Under the pieces are notes generated by a model. It searched no databases and was not told the origin of the DNA. It saw only the letters and a program-made list of their open reading frames with translations. A program made the translations under genes and the position numbers. This document shows, one piece after another, positions 18,602 through 27,765 of a stretch of DNA of 64,000 nt; positions within the stretch are counted from its first letter, which is position 1; each line of letters opens with the position of its first letter. Source of the stretch: Bacteroidales bacterium (GTDB lineage Bacteria; Bacteroidota; Bacteroidia; Bacteroidales; UBA932); contig JAJFVD010000014.1 in the NCBI GenBank assembly GCA_021371955.1, positions 20,538-84,537 on the forward strand. The letters run 5' to 3'.

Positions 18602-20170
18602 TTATTTATTTTTCAGAATCTTGAAATACTTATTATCGTTCGCGATTGACCAGGTTGTCCGGAAAATGAGACGGGAAATTCTGGTAGCCTTTGTGTGGTT
18701 AATTGTGTTTGGATTGTCCCTTACCGTATGATAGTCTTTATGCAGACCGCTTGTAATATCCACTCCGGAAATGCCTTTTACAAAGAAGTTGTAATGATCG
18801 CTCCGGCCAAACATATCTTCTCCCGAAGGAACATACTTAAGTCCTACGCTCTCGTTCTCTTTCAGAATTAATGCAGTAAGGTCAGGATTTATTGATGCAC
18901 CTTCGATATTGAGAGTGTCGTTTCCGTTACGTCCAATCATGTCCAGATTTAGCATTGCAACTGTTTTGTCCAAAGGGAAAAGCGGATGGTTTGAATAGTA
19001 TGCCGACCCGTAAAGACCCATCTCTTCTGCTGTAAACAGAATAAACAACACGCTTCTGCGTGGTTTTTGCTTCATTGAGGTAAATGCTTTTGCTATTGCC
19101 ATCACACCGGCAGTGCCTGATGCATTGTCATCTGCCCCGTTATATATGTAATCTTCCCCGGCTTTATGTTCTTTGTTATATCCCACATGGTCGTAGTGTC
19201 CGCCGATAACAACCAGTTCGTCACCGGTTTTTTCATCGGTCCCTTTTATAAATCCAACTACATTTTTTGAAGAGTATTCCTTATATGTGAGTCTGGTAGA
19301 TAAATCGCAATTGAATCCAGCGAGCGGGAATGAATTTGGCTTAAGCGTTTTGTCTATAGTTATTTGAATCTTTTTTAAAGAATCTACACTTCCAAACAGC
19401 TGTTTTATAATGTTTTCCCCAACCTGTGCAACGGGGATTTCGCTGCCGTCTCTTTTATCAAGTTGTATAGGCAGATTATCCTGTGGAAGAAGTTTAGAAA
19501 GGCTCGGCCACGGATATCCCTGAGGTTTAAGCATTATATGGTTAATGGGGTCGGTTACAAGCAATAAGCCAGATGCGCCATGTTTTTTTGCATTTTCCAG
19601 CTTCGTTGCCAAAAATGAATATTTTGATTCATTCTTCCCTCCAAAAACAGATGTCGTATCGTTTTCTCCCGGCTCGTGCCTTAGTACAAGTACAATCTTT
19701 CCCTTTACGTCCAGCCCGTTGTAATCGTCGTAGTTATATTCCGGAGCTGTAATTCCGTAACCCGCAAAAACAATTTCTGCCTTGACCGAACCGTTTAAAG
19801 TCATTTCAAACGGAATAAAATCGGTTTTAAGCTGATATTCTTTGCTGGTATTGTTACCTGAAATTTTGAGGAAACTGTTTTGAGTATCCAGATTTTGCGA
19901 ATAAAAACCAACTGTCTGAAAATAGCTTCCATTAATTTTGTCCAGTTTAAATTTTTCAAACTGAGCAGCTATATAATCTGCAGCTAAATCGAGTTCATTG
20001 CCCGGAGCCCTCCTTCCAAGGAGAGAATCCGATGCGAGGAAATCTATGTATTCCTTTAACAATTCGTTAGTTATCCGTCGCTCCCCTTTCTCAACTCTTT
20101 GTGAGAACAGTTTTTCAGGGAACGAGAAACACAGGGTAATAATAATTACAAGTAGCAGTGACCTTTTCAT
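18602..20170 (-). CDS. M28-family aminopeptidase with PA domain
   Basis: GGHYDH, GADDNASG, AEEMGL, LNLDMIGR, RSDH; signal peptide. Confidence 0.9.
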   Translation of the reverse strand: MKRSLLLVIIITLCFSFPEKLFSQRVEKGERRITNELLKEYIDFLASDSLLGRRAPGNELDLAADYIAAQFEKFKLDKINGSYFQTVGFYSQNLDTQNSFLKISGNNTSKEYQLKTDFIPFEMTLNGSVKAEIVFAGYGITAPEYNYDDYNGLDVKGKIVLVLRHEPGENDTTSVFGGKNESKYSFLATKLENAKKHGASGLLLVTDPINHIMLKPQGYPWPSLSKLLPQDNLPIQLDKRDGSEIPVAQVGENIIKQLFGSVDSLKKIQITIDKTLKPNSFPLAGFNCDLSTRLTYKEYSSKNVVGFIKGTDEKTGDELVVIGGHYDHVGYNKEHKAGEDYIYNGADDNASGTAGVMAIAKAFTSMKQKPRRSVLFILFTAEEMGLYGSAYYSNHPLFPLDKTVAMLNLDMIGRNGNDTLNIEGASINPDLTALILKENESVGLKYVPSGEDMFGRSDHYNFFVKGISGVDITSGLHKDYHTVRDNPNTINHTKATRISRLIFRTTWSIANDNKYFKILKNK

Positions 20171-20280
20171 TTCTAAAATGCTTATTGTCTGCAAAATTAT
20201 ATATTTATTTGGGATTTACTCTTTTAAGCATCATAATGTGTAAATAATCCTGCAATGCTATGCTTTGTGGGACGCAGTTT

Positions 20281-20389
20281 TTCCCCAGGGGAAATTTGTT
20301 ATATCGTTCATAATGTGCGACTTAAACCCACAAACCAAAAGGGACTATCTCATTCATTTTCTGCAAGTTAACAAATTTCCCCTGGGGAA
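20281..20389. repeat. Inverted-arm element, copy 4
   Basis: TTCCCCAGGGGAAATTTGTTA ... TAACAAATTTCCCCTGGGGAA; centres 20287/20383 (96); interior similar to copies 1 and 2. Confidence 0.9.
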
Positions 20390-20509
20390 AAACGGCACCC
20401 AAGGTTGGGCGGCAAGGGTGGGCGGAACAGGTGTGGTCGGTGAGAAAGGGGTAAAAAGAACATTTAAAATAATTTTCCTATCTTTATATAATTGGTAAAA
20501 CCATTATCC

Positions 20510-20857
20510 ATGGATAAACTTTCATTCACAATTGACTCTGTAATCTTTGACAACATAGTCAAAGGAAAACAAAAGGCTTTTGTAGCAAGCATCAAACCTT
20601 CTGAAATCCAGGACTACTTCTGCTATACTCTTGAGAAAAAAATCGATGTCAAATATTTTAATTGCATTGAATTTAAAACCACGACAGCAGACGGGGCAGA
20701 GAAATCGGCCCGGTTCAAAATCGGATATGCCGAGATGGATTTCCTTATTCCTAATGAGTTGCTGGACAAGGCAAACGAAGACCTCACTACTCTTTACGAC
20801 AGCGACCACATGCCCCCTGCCGAAATCGTATTTGAGATAAAGGAAAAACTGGATTAA
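20510..20857 (+). CDS. Divergent ASCH/PUA-like protein
   Basis: N-terminus LSFTIDSVIFDNIVKGKQKAFVASIKPS aligns with the neighbouring ASCH protein but lacks ExR. Confidence 0.5.
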   Translation: MDKLSFTIDSVIFDNIVKGKQKAFVASIKPSEIQDYFCYTLEKKIDVKYFNCIEFKTTTADGAEKSARFKIGYAEMDFLIPNELLDKANEDLTTLYDSDHMPPAEIVFEIKEKLD

Positions 20858-20895
20858 TCTGATTTCAACATTGCGCCTTACTCTTTTGACTATAC

Positions 20896-21282
20896 ATGAA
20901 AACCCTTACCCTCAGCATCAAGCAGATTTACTTCGACCAGATCCTGGCCGGGACCAAAACAATTGAATCGAGAGAAGTGAAACCTTCAAACGCCTCGAAG
21001 TATGTATATTTCACAGATCTCGACACCCATATAGAGTATAAAAACTGGAGCGACATCCCGGACAATGTTGGCAATATATGTGTTGAGCCGGTAATGTACG
21101 ATTCCATCCGCCTACTCACCGGAGCCTATAAAGGTACACGCCCGTCCTGCACAGTAGAGGTAAAGGGTGCCGAAGTAATTTTCCTTATGGACGACAACGA
21201 AGAGCAGGTTTATTACGATGCCGACGGAATTGAATTTCCGGCACTGGTTGTGGATTATCAGCTTGGTGCAATTCTGGTCTGA
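20896..21282 (+). CDS. ASCH-domain protein
   Basis: LSIKQIYFDQILAGTKTIESRE contains GxKxxExR. Confidence 0.8.
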   Translation: MKTLTLSIKQIYFDQILAGTKTIESREVKPSNASKYVYFTDLDTHIEYKNWSDIPDNVGNICVEPVMYDSIRLLTGAYKGTRPSCTVEVKGAEVIFLMDDNEEQVYYDADGIEFPALVVDYQLGAILV

Positions 21283-21309
21283 AACAGATTCTCCCATTAG
21301 GTTTTTTCT

Positions 21310-21317
21310 TATATTTG
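21310..21317 (+). promoter_or_regulatory. Bacteroidota -7 promoter box
   Basis: TATATTTG 26 nt upstream of the DUF1295 start. Confidence 0.55.
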
Positions 21318-21342
21318 TTCAACCCTAAAACCCCTACAAACT

Positions 21343-22224
21343 ATGGAGAATATTCTTTTGGATCTTTTTGCCGGGGACATTCAAATTGCAAACATCGCAC
21401 AAACATGGATCGGATTAATGATGATTGTGACGCTTGTTTGCTTTATAGTTTCGGAAATCACCCGAAATTACAGTCAGGTGGACAAACTCTGGAGCCTGAT
21501 GCCCATTGCATACGCAGGAATAACTCTTGCCGGATTTCCGGCTTCGCCCCGTTTGTGGCTGATGACAATTCTCGTTGCAGTATGGGGCTTCCGCCTGAGT
21601 TATAATTTTTCGCGAAAGGGCGGCTACAATAAAATTCCGTGGAGAGGGGAAGAGGATTACCGATGGAAAATAATGCGGGAGCAACCTGCCCTTAACGGAC
21701 GGTTTCGTTTCGGAATATTTAATCTTCTGTTTATTTCATTTTATCAGCAACTGCTGATAATGTTGTTTTCAACTCCATTGCTTGTGGCTGCTCAGTTCAA
21801 CGAGAAACCGTTTTCTATTTATGATGCAATCCCGGCCTTGTTTATGGCTATTTTTATAATAACCGAAACCATTGCAGACAACCAGCTCTTCTGTTTTCAA
21901 CAGCAAAAAAAGAATCAACGTCCAAAAGAGACCCGTTTAGAAGAGTCGCTAAGGAAAGGGTTCATGTCTCAGGGATTGTTCAGTAGTGTGCGTCACCCCA
22001 ACTTTGCATCCGAGCAGGCAATCTGGCTGAGTTTTTATTTCTTTAGCGTAACAGCATCGGGAGACTGGCTAAACTGGACCGCAATTGGTGTTCTTCTGCT
22101 GATATTACTCTTCCAGGGCAGCAGCGTACTCACCGAGAACATAAGCTGCAACAAGTATCCCGAATATGCCGCATATCAGAAAGCAGTACCGCGCTTTATC
22201 CCCAACCCGTTCCACCGAAAATAG
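21343..22224 (+). CDS. DUF1295 (steroid 5-alpha-reductase-like) membrane protein
   Basis: NYSQVDKLWS, EDYRW, ADNQL, GLFSSVRHPNFASE, YAAYQKAVPRFIP. Confidence 0.85.
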   Translation: MENILLDLFAGDIQIANIAQTWIGLMMIVTLVCFIVSEITRNYSQVDKLWSLMPIAYAGITLAGFPASPRLWLMTILVAVWGFRLSYNFSRKGGYNKIPWRGEEDYRWKIMREQPALNGRFRFGIFNLLFISFYQQLLIMLFSTPLLVAAQFNEKPFSIYDAIPALFMAIFIITETIADNQLFCFQQQKKNQRPKETRLEESLRKGFMSQGLFSSVRHPNFASEQAIWLSFYFFSVTASGDWLNWTAIGVLLLILLFQGSSVLTENISCNKYPEYAAYQKAVPRFIPNPFHRK

Positions 22225-22226
22225 CA

Positions 22227-22262
22227 CAGGCGGCGGCGTAGAAGGAACTACGCCGCCACCTG
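22227..22262 (+). terminator. GC-rich hairpin after DUF1295
   Basis: CAGGCGGCGGCGTAG-aaggaa-CTACGCCGCCACCTG; weak U-tail. Confidence 0.5.
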
Positions 22263-22314
22263 CAATAATTATATAATTCTACTTTAAAAAATAAATTTCT
22301 AAATCTAAATTTTC

Positions 22315-23151
22315 ATGAAAACCCCAACCCCACTATTCATGATTATCTGCCTGCTCCTGATTTCATCACCGGCAGCATTATCACAACAGAATAAGCAAAA
22401 AAGTGCCCCTGAGTGGAAACTCATATGGCAGGACGAATTTAACGGCAAAACTCTTGACAAAACCAAATGGAACGTCCTCACAAGAGAGACAAGCAAGCAC
22501 GGAGAACTTCAATACTATGTTCCGGACGAAGTGTATTTAGAAAACGGTTGTCTCAGAATCCGCAGCCAGGTAAGGGATTTTGGAGACAAGCACTATACCA
22601 GCGGCCGTCTTGATACAAAAGACAAACTTGCTATCACATACGGACGATATGAAATCCGCGGTAAGCTTCCGGTTGGGCAGGGACTTTGGCCCGCATACTG
22701 GCTGTATCCTCAAAATCGCGAATGGGAAATGGAGTATGTCATGAGCGAGGCAGTTGCCAACGGAAAAGAGAGCTCTATTCCCGAACTACGCCCCTGGTAT
22801 ACCGAAATTGACATTATGGAATTTCTTGGACACGAGCCAAGTACACTTTACGCAACTTTCCATTTTTATAGCTTCCAGGGTGTTAAAAAATCTTCATCGG
22901 CCACATACAGAGGAAAAGTGTCTTATGGCGACGATTTTCACATTTATGCCCTTGAATGGGAAATTGATGCCATCCGCTGGTACATCGATGGTGAACTTAT
23001 TCACACCGCCAAAGTGGGAATTCCCCATAAGGACCATTTTCTGATTCTTAACACTGCCATTGGCGGCAGCTGGCCCGGCAATCCCGACTCCACAACTGTG
23101 TTCCCTCAGTTCCACGACATAGACTATGTAAGGGTATATCAGAGACCTTAA
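22315..23151 (+). CDS. Glycoside hydrolase family 16 (laminarinase-like), exported
   Basis: WQDEF, GLWPAYW, catalytic EIDIME, LNTAIGG.WPG, DYVRVYQ. Confidence 0.9.
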   Translation: MKTPTPLFMIICLLLISSPAALSQQNKQKSAPEWKLIWQDEFNGKTLDKTKWNVLTRETSKHGELQYYVPDEVYLENGCLRIRSQVRDFGDKHYTSGRLDTKDKLAITYGRYEIRGKLPVGQGLWPAYWLYPQNREWEMEYVMSEAVANGKESSIPELRPWYTEIDIMEFLGHEPSTLYATFHFYSFQGVKKSSSATYRGKVSYGDDFHIYALEWEIDAIRWYIDGELIHTAKVGIPHKDHFLILNTAIGGSWPGNPDSTTVFPQFHDIDYVRVYQRP

Positions 23152-23263
23152 ATCACCAATTTGTATAAATGAATCACTTTACGGTATATTAACCAATATG
23201 CCGTAATTTCTCATTTTATTATTTCGTATCTTACGCTCGAAAACACTAAACCTTTCGCCTCCA

Positions 23264-24262
23264 ATGACCCAATGTACCACATTCCGTCTGCTTTTATTTA
23301 CTGTATTTTCTTTTATTTTTGTTACCGGCCGTGCGTCTGAAGCGTTTAATCAACCCGACACTTCTGCTGTTCACGAGCTAACTATTTATGCAATTCCTTC
23401 ACAATCGGAGCTGGATTGGAAATCTCCATCCTCAATTTTGCAAACGGCACTTGAAAGTTATACTCAGTCCATTTTTAAGAGGTATTCAATTCCAATAGGT
23501 CATATTTTCATCGAGTTTTCCACCCCTCTCATAGACTCTGTTGTTCTCACATCAATAACAACAGCTCCCGGCACCGATATGGGAAGAATGGTTCTTATTG
23601 ATAAAGTAGGGCTGGGAATTCTTGGCGCCACTTTTAAAGGAAGGATGGAAAGCAGCAAGGAACTTCAAAAAAAAATCAATCTTTTCGGAAGAAAAAAACA
23701 ACTTGCATTTATTAAATACAGAATAAGCGAAGAGGCTGCCCTGCGGGTAAAAAAATATCTTGAGGTTTTTACGAAAAAGAAGGACGGCGGCTTTTCGCCA
23801 TCGGGCCATTATGGCGGTGCCTTTTGGCCAAGATACGAATATGAAGGAGCAGGATGCAGTGCTTTTGGAATATCTGCAATGGAAATTGCAGGGTTATTCA
23901 TTGACCACCCTGAGTGGAGGGTCTCTTTTAATATTCCAATGGATCTGGTGGGCGGAAACTTCAATAATCATAAAAAAGTAAAAGCCCGCAGCATAAAGAA
24001 AAGGCACTACTGGCACGACGGAAGCGGAGTGGAAAATGTGGATTATATCCCCTTTACCATATATGACCCGAGCCTTATTTTTAACTGGATACTCAAACAG
24101 AGAGAGCTCAAGGGAGAATTGGTTCCAATGGAGAAAAACAAAATCCCGGGACTTTATTTTGACGCCCGCAAAGTAAGCATATCTCAATTCGAACCAATAT
24201 TTATCAAACGGAAAAAGCCATCGGTTTTTATTGACATTTTCCGCAAGGATGCACATTTGTAA
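23264..24262 (+). CDS. Exported hypothetical protein, paralog A
   Basis: Signal-like N-terminus; VHELTIY, GHIFIEF, GAFWPRYEYEGAGCSAFG shared with the next gene. Confidence 0.8.
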   Translation: MTQCTTFRLLLFTVFSFIFVTGRASEAFNQPDTSAVHELTIYAIPSQSELDWKSPSSILQTALESYTQSIFKRYSIPIGHIFIEFSTPLIDSVVLTSITTAPGTDMGRMVLIDKVGLGILGATFKGRMESSKELQKKINLFGRKKQLAFIKYRISEEAALRVKKYLEVFTKKKDGGFSPSGHYGGAFWPRYEYEGAGCSAFGISAMEIAGLFIDHPEWRVSFNIPMDLVGGNFNNHKKVKARSIKKRHYWHDGSGVENVDYIPFTIYDPSLIFNWILKQRELKGELVPMEKNKIPGLYFDARKVSISQFEPIFIKRKKPSVFIDIFRKDAHL

Positions 24263-24282
24263 ACAATAGTAAATCAAATAAT

Positions 24283-25314
24283 ATGCGAAGATTTGTATTT
24301 TTTAAATATCTGATTTTTGCATTAACCGGAGCACTCTCCGTTATATCGTCCGGCTTTACATACGGGCAGGAGAAACCATCTGTTCATGAGCTCACAATTT
24401 ATGTAGTTCCTTCTCATTCTCCCCTGAACTGGGAATCTCCTTCATCTATCTACACATCTTCCTTCATTAGTTTTATCAAAGCACGGTTTTCAAAATACCC
24501 AAACTCTGTGGGGCACATGTTTATTGAGTTTTCAACGCCTCTCATTGACTCTGTAGTTCTTACAGGTATGCGTTCCACTTCAAGTATGGAAAAAGTAAGG
24601 CTGCTCAACAAGGAAAAAATAGGAATGGGAATTATGGGTGCCCCCATGGGTGGAAAAATGGAAAATAGTGCCGATTTACGAAATATGATTGACTATTTAT
24701 CCGCAAAAAAGATGAAGATTGCTTTTATAAAATACACTTTAAATGAGCAATCGGCCCTTAGGGTAAGGGAATTTCTTGAAACATTTCTTGGCAAAAAAGA
24801 GGGCAAATTCAATCCGGGCAAGCATTACGGCGGAGCATTCTGGCCGCGGTACGAAAATGAGGGAGCAGGCTGTTCATCGTTTGGCCTAGCGGTTCTTGAG
24901 AGCGCCGGTGTTAATATTGATATTCCAGGGTGGAAAATGACTGTCAATATTCCTGCAAACCTTGTTGGCGGCGAGTATAACAATAACAGGAAAGTGAGGA
25001 GGTATAAAATAGAACAGGTCAAAAAATGGCATAGCGGAGAAGGCGTGGAAGGGGTCGATTATTTTGAATATAAAGTATACGACCCGTCGCTCGTTTACGA
25101 CTGGATCATTGAGAAGCGAAAAAATTATATTGGCAGCAATCCGGAAAATCAAATTAAAGGTAAAGACTTCCAGCCTGTGACCAGCAATAATATTCCGGGG
25201 CTCTATATAGATGTCAGCAATATTTCCATTCCGGAGAATGAACCTGTTTTCTTAAAGCGGACAAAGCAATCGGTATTTATTGACGTTTATAAAAAACGTA
25301 TTTCGCAGCAATAA
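24283..25314 (+). CDS. Exported hypothetical protein, paralog B
   Basis: VHELTIY, GHMFIEF, GAFWPRYENEGAGCSSFG; collinear with paralog A. Confidence 0.8.
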   Translation: MRRFVFFKYLIFALTGALSVISSGFTYGQEKPSVHELTIYVVPSHSPLNWESPSSIYTSSFISFIKARFSKYPNSVGHMFIEFSTPLIDSVVLTGMRSTSSMEKVRLLNKEKIGMGIMGAPMGGKMENSADLRNMIDYLSAKKMKIAFIKYTLNEQSALRVREFLETFLGKKEGKFNPGKHYGGAFWPRYENEGAGCSSFGLAVLESAGVNIDIPGWKMTVNIPANLVGGEYNNNRKVRRYKIEQVKKWHSGEGVEGVDYFEYKVYDPSLVYDWIIEKRKNYIGSNPENQIKGKDFQPVTSNNIPGLYIDVSNISIPENEPVFLKRTKQSVFIDVYKKRISQQ

Positions 25315-25375
25315 AATATCTTACGGCCAAAATATTTATTTCATTTTTTGAGATTTTTATATTATATTCGTAAAA

Positions 25376-25669
25376 ATGATAAATAAAAATACCATGGCAC
25401 CCGACAAGAATTTAATTTTCGAGGATGAATTAAACGAATTCTTCAGCCAATTCGAAGATCCCATCACAGCAAGAAATGCTGTAAAAGAGAGAGCCACCGC
25501 CGATCATGTATTCAGGACAAAACTGGAACAGTACATGAAGAAGAACAATTTTACCCAGTGCAAGGATATTTTGCCCGACTGGATGTTCACCGCAGAATAT
25601 GCCTATCTGGAAGACCGCAATTGTTCAAGCATTATCAATCCTGAGTCCGACAACTTCGAAACCGCATAG
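25376..25669 (+). CDS. Hypothetical protein
   Basis: 97-aa ORF filling the gap; followed by a hairpin with T-run; no recognised motif. Confidence 0.55.
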   Translation: MINKNTMAPDKNLIFEDELNEFFSQFEDPITARNAVKERATADHVFRTKLEQYMKKNNFTQCKDILPDWMFTAEYAYLEDRNCSSIINPESDNFETA

Positions 25670-25863
25670 CGCTCATTAGTAGCGCTTTTTCTTTTTTAAT
25701 TCTTTTTATTTCTGTTAAGAAATTGTTAATAACATAATTATTTGTTGTTTTTAATTTTATTATCGTAGCTTTGCCCCCACAATTTTTTATGCCGCTGCCC
25801 CTTTTTTACTAACTAACAATATTTTGGGCATCTAAATTTAACGGCATTTACCAATCAAACTAC

Positions 25864-27669
25864 ATGCAATTTAAAGAATTAGAAATTATCGAGCCTATTC
25901 TTAAGGCTCTGATCAACGAGGGATATTCGATCCCTACACCAATTCAGGAAAAAGCAATACCAATTATTCTAAATAACAGGGATGTATTGGGCTGTGCGCA
26001 AACTGGAACAGGCAAAACAGCTGCTTTTACAATTCCTATCCTTCAGCATCTTTACGGCAATGTTAACCAAGGCCGTAACAAGCAAATTAAAGCACTTGTT
26101 CTAACACCAACCAGGGAACTGGCAGTACAAATCGGCGATAGCTTTTCGGCCTACGGAAGGTACACCTCACTTTCTCACACTGTTGTTTACGGCGGAGTGA
26201 GCCAAAGGGCACAAACTGATGCTCTCAGACGCGGAGTAGACATACTAATCGCAACACCGGGTCGTCTATTGGACCTTATGAACCAAGGCTATATCAACCT
26301 AAGAAATATTGACCATTTTGTTCTCGACGAAGCAGACAGAATGCTTGATATGGGATTTATTGACGACATTCACCGTATTGTTGACATAATCCCTCAAGAA
26401 AGGCAGACACTCTTTTTCTCGGCTACAATGCCCGATGAAATTGCACATTTTGCCAACAAGATCCTGAATAATCCTGTGAAGATTGAGGTAACTCCTACAG
26501 CTTCTACAGTGGATACAATTGAACAATACCTTTATTTTGCCGACAGGGAACAAAAAATTCCTTTGCTCATTGACCTTTTACAGGACGAAAGCAAAGAGAG
26601 CGTTTTAGTTTTCTCAAGGACAAAACATGGTGCCGATAAAATCGCAAAATCTCTTCTCCACGCAGGAATTGAGACAGATGCAATCCACGGAAACAAATCA
26701 CAATTTGCCCGTCAGAACACACTTAACAGCTTCAAGAAACGCAAAACCCGCGTGCTCATTGCAACAGACATCGCAGCAAGGGGAATTGACATCAACAAGC
26801 TGACACACGTTATAAACTTTGACCTTCCGGAAACTCCTGAAACTTATGTACACCGTATCGGACGTACAGGCAGAGCAGGTGAATCGGGTATCGCACTCTC
26901 TTTCTGTGACAAGAAAGAAATGGCTTTTCTGAAGAACATTCAGAAACTTACCGGCAAGAAGATTGAAGTTGTGAATAAAAATATGTCTGAACTTCCGGCT
27001 TATACTCCGGTAAAAGACGATTCAGACAGAGGTTACACTGTTACTCACAATGGCAGAGGCGGAAGCTCCGATCGCAGACGCGAAGGCGGATCGGATCGCA
27101 GGAGTGAAGGTCGTGGTGGCGAAGGCCGCAGCGACAGACGCTCAGACGGAAGACGTGACGGTCGCAGCGCATCAGGCGAAAGTCGCGGATACGCAGGACG
27201 CAGCAGCGAAGGTCGCAGCAATTCAGGCGAAAGCCGCGGATATGCAGGTCGCAGCAGCGAAGGCCGCAGCAATTCGGGTGAAAGCCGCGGATACGCAGGT
27301 CGCAGCAGTGACGGTCGCAGCAATTCCGGTGAAAACCGCGGATATGCAGGTCGTACCTCATCTTTTGAAAAACGCGGATATCCACGCAGAGGTGAAGGCC
27401 GCAGCGAAGAAGGACAATTCAATGAAAGAGGCGGAAACATCAAGGTTGAACAAGTTTTGATGAACCAGAAATCTTTCAACTGGAGAGAACTAATCGAGAG
27501 CGATTTCAAAGGAGAAAACCTCAAAACAAGCGTTAACGGAAATAGCACAAACGAACGTCCGGCACGCAAGAAATCTGATTCAGGACGCCCGGAAAGATCC
27601 TCACGCTCAGCACGCCCGGCACGTAAAACCGGCGGCAGCTTCTGGAACAGACAAAGACGCTCTGCATAA
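25864..27669 (+). CDS. DEAD-box RNA helicase (RhlE-like) with long low-complexity C-terminal tail
   Basis: AQTGTGKT, PTRELA, DEAD, SAT, HRIGRTGRAG. Confidence 0.95.
   Translation: MQFKELEIIEPILKALINEGYSIPTPIQEKAIPIILNNRDVLGCAQTGTGKTAAFTIPILQHLYGNVNQGRNKQIKALVLTPTRELAVQIGDSFSAYGRYTSLSHTVVYGGVSQRAQTDALRRGVDILIATPGRLLDLMNQGYINLRNIDHFVLDEADRMLDMGFIDDIHRIVDIIPQERQTLFFSATMPDEIAHFANKILNNPVKIEVTPTASTVDTIEQYLYFADREQKIPLLIDLLQDESKESVLVFSRTKHGADKIAKSLLHAGIETDAIHGNKSQFARQNTLNSFKKRKTRVLIATDIAARGIDINKLTHVINFDLPETPETYVHRIGRTGRAGESGIALSFCDKKEMAFLKNIQKLTGKKIEVVNKNMSELPAYTPVKDDSDRGYTVTHNGRGGSSDRRREGGSDRRSEGRGGEGRSDRRSDGRRDGRSASGESRGYAGRSSEGRSNSGESRGYAGRSSEGRSNSGESRGYAGRSSDGRSNSGENRGYAGRTSSFEKRGYPRRGEGRSEEGQFNERGGNIKVEQVLMNQKSFNWRELIESDFKGENLKTSVNGNSTNERPARKKSDSGRPERSSRSARPARKTGGSFWNRQRRSA
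27157..27353 (+). repeat. Coding tandem repeat, 51-bp unit (GESRGYAGRSSEGRSNS, about 4 units)
   Basis: Units start at 27175, 27226, 27277 and 27328; differences are mostly synonymous. Confidence 0.9.
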
Positions 27670-27695
27670 ACGAGTAAACGAGTAAACAAACAATA

Positions 27696-27730
27696 AAGAA
27701 ACCCGGTCAATTGGCCGGGTTTCTTATTTT
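27696..27730 (+). terminator. Intrinsic terminator after the helicase
   Basis: AAGAAACCCGGTC-aatt-GGCCGGGTTTCTT followed by ATTTTT. Confidence 0.8.
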
Positions 27731-27765
27731 TACTACCTTTATAATTATCCCAAAAAGTTATTCAC

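Noticed and set aside
20265-20498. 77-aa ORF MWDAVFPQGKFV and similar ORF 40973..41161 (FPQGKFV...NFPWGK)
   Set aside because: The shared peptides are just the element arms read in frame; no start context or coding evidence.
27041-27710. Alternative-frame ORFs over the helicase tail (27050..27460, 27045..27710, 27041..27385)
   Set aside because: Open frames result from the GC-rich 51-bp repeat; synonymous variation favours the helicase frame.
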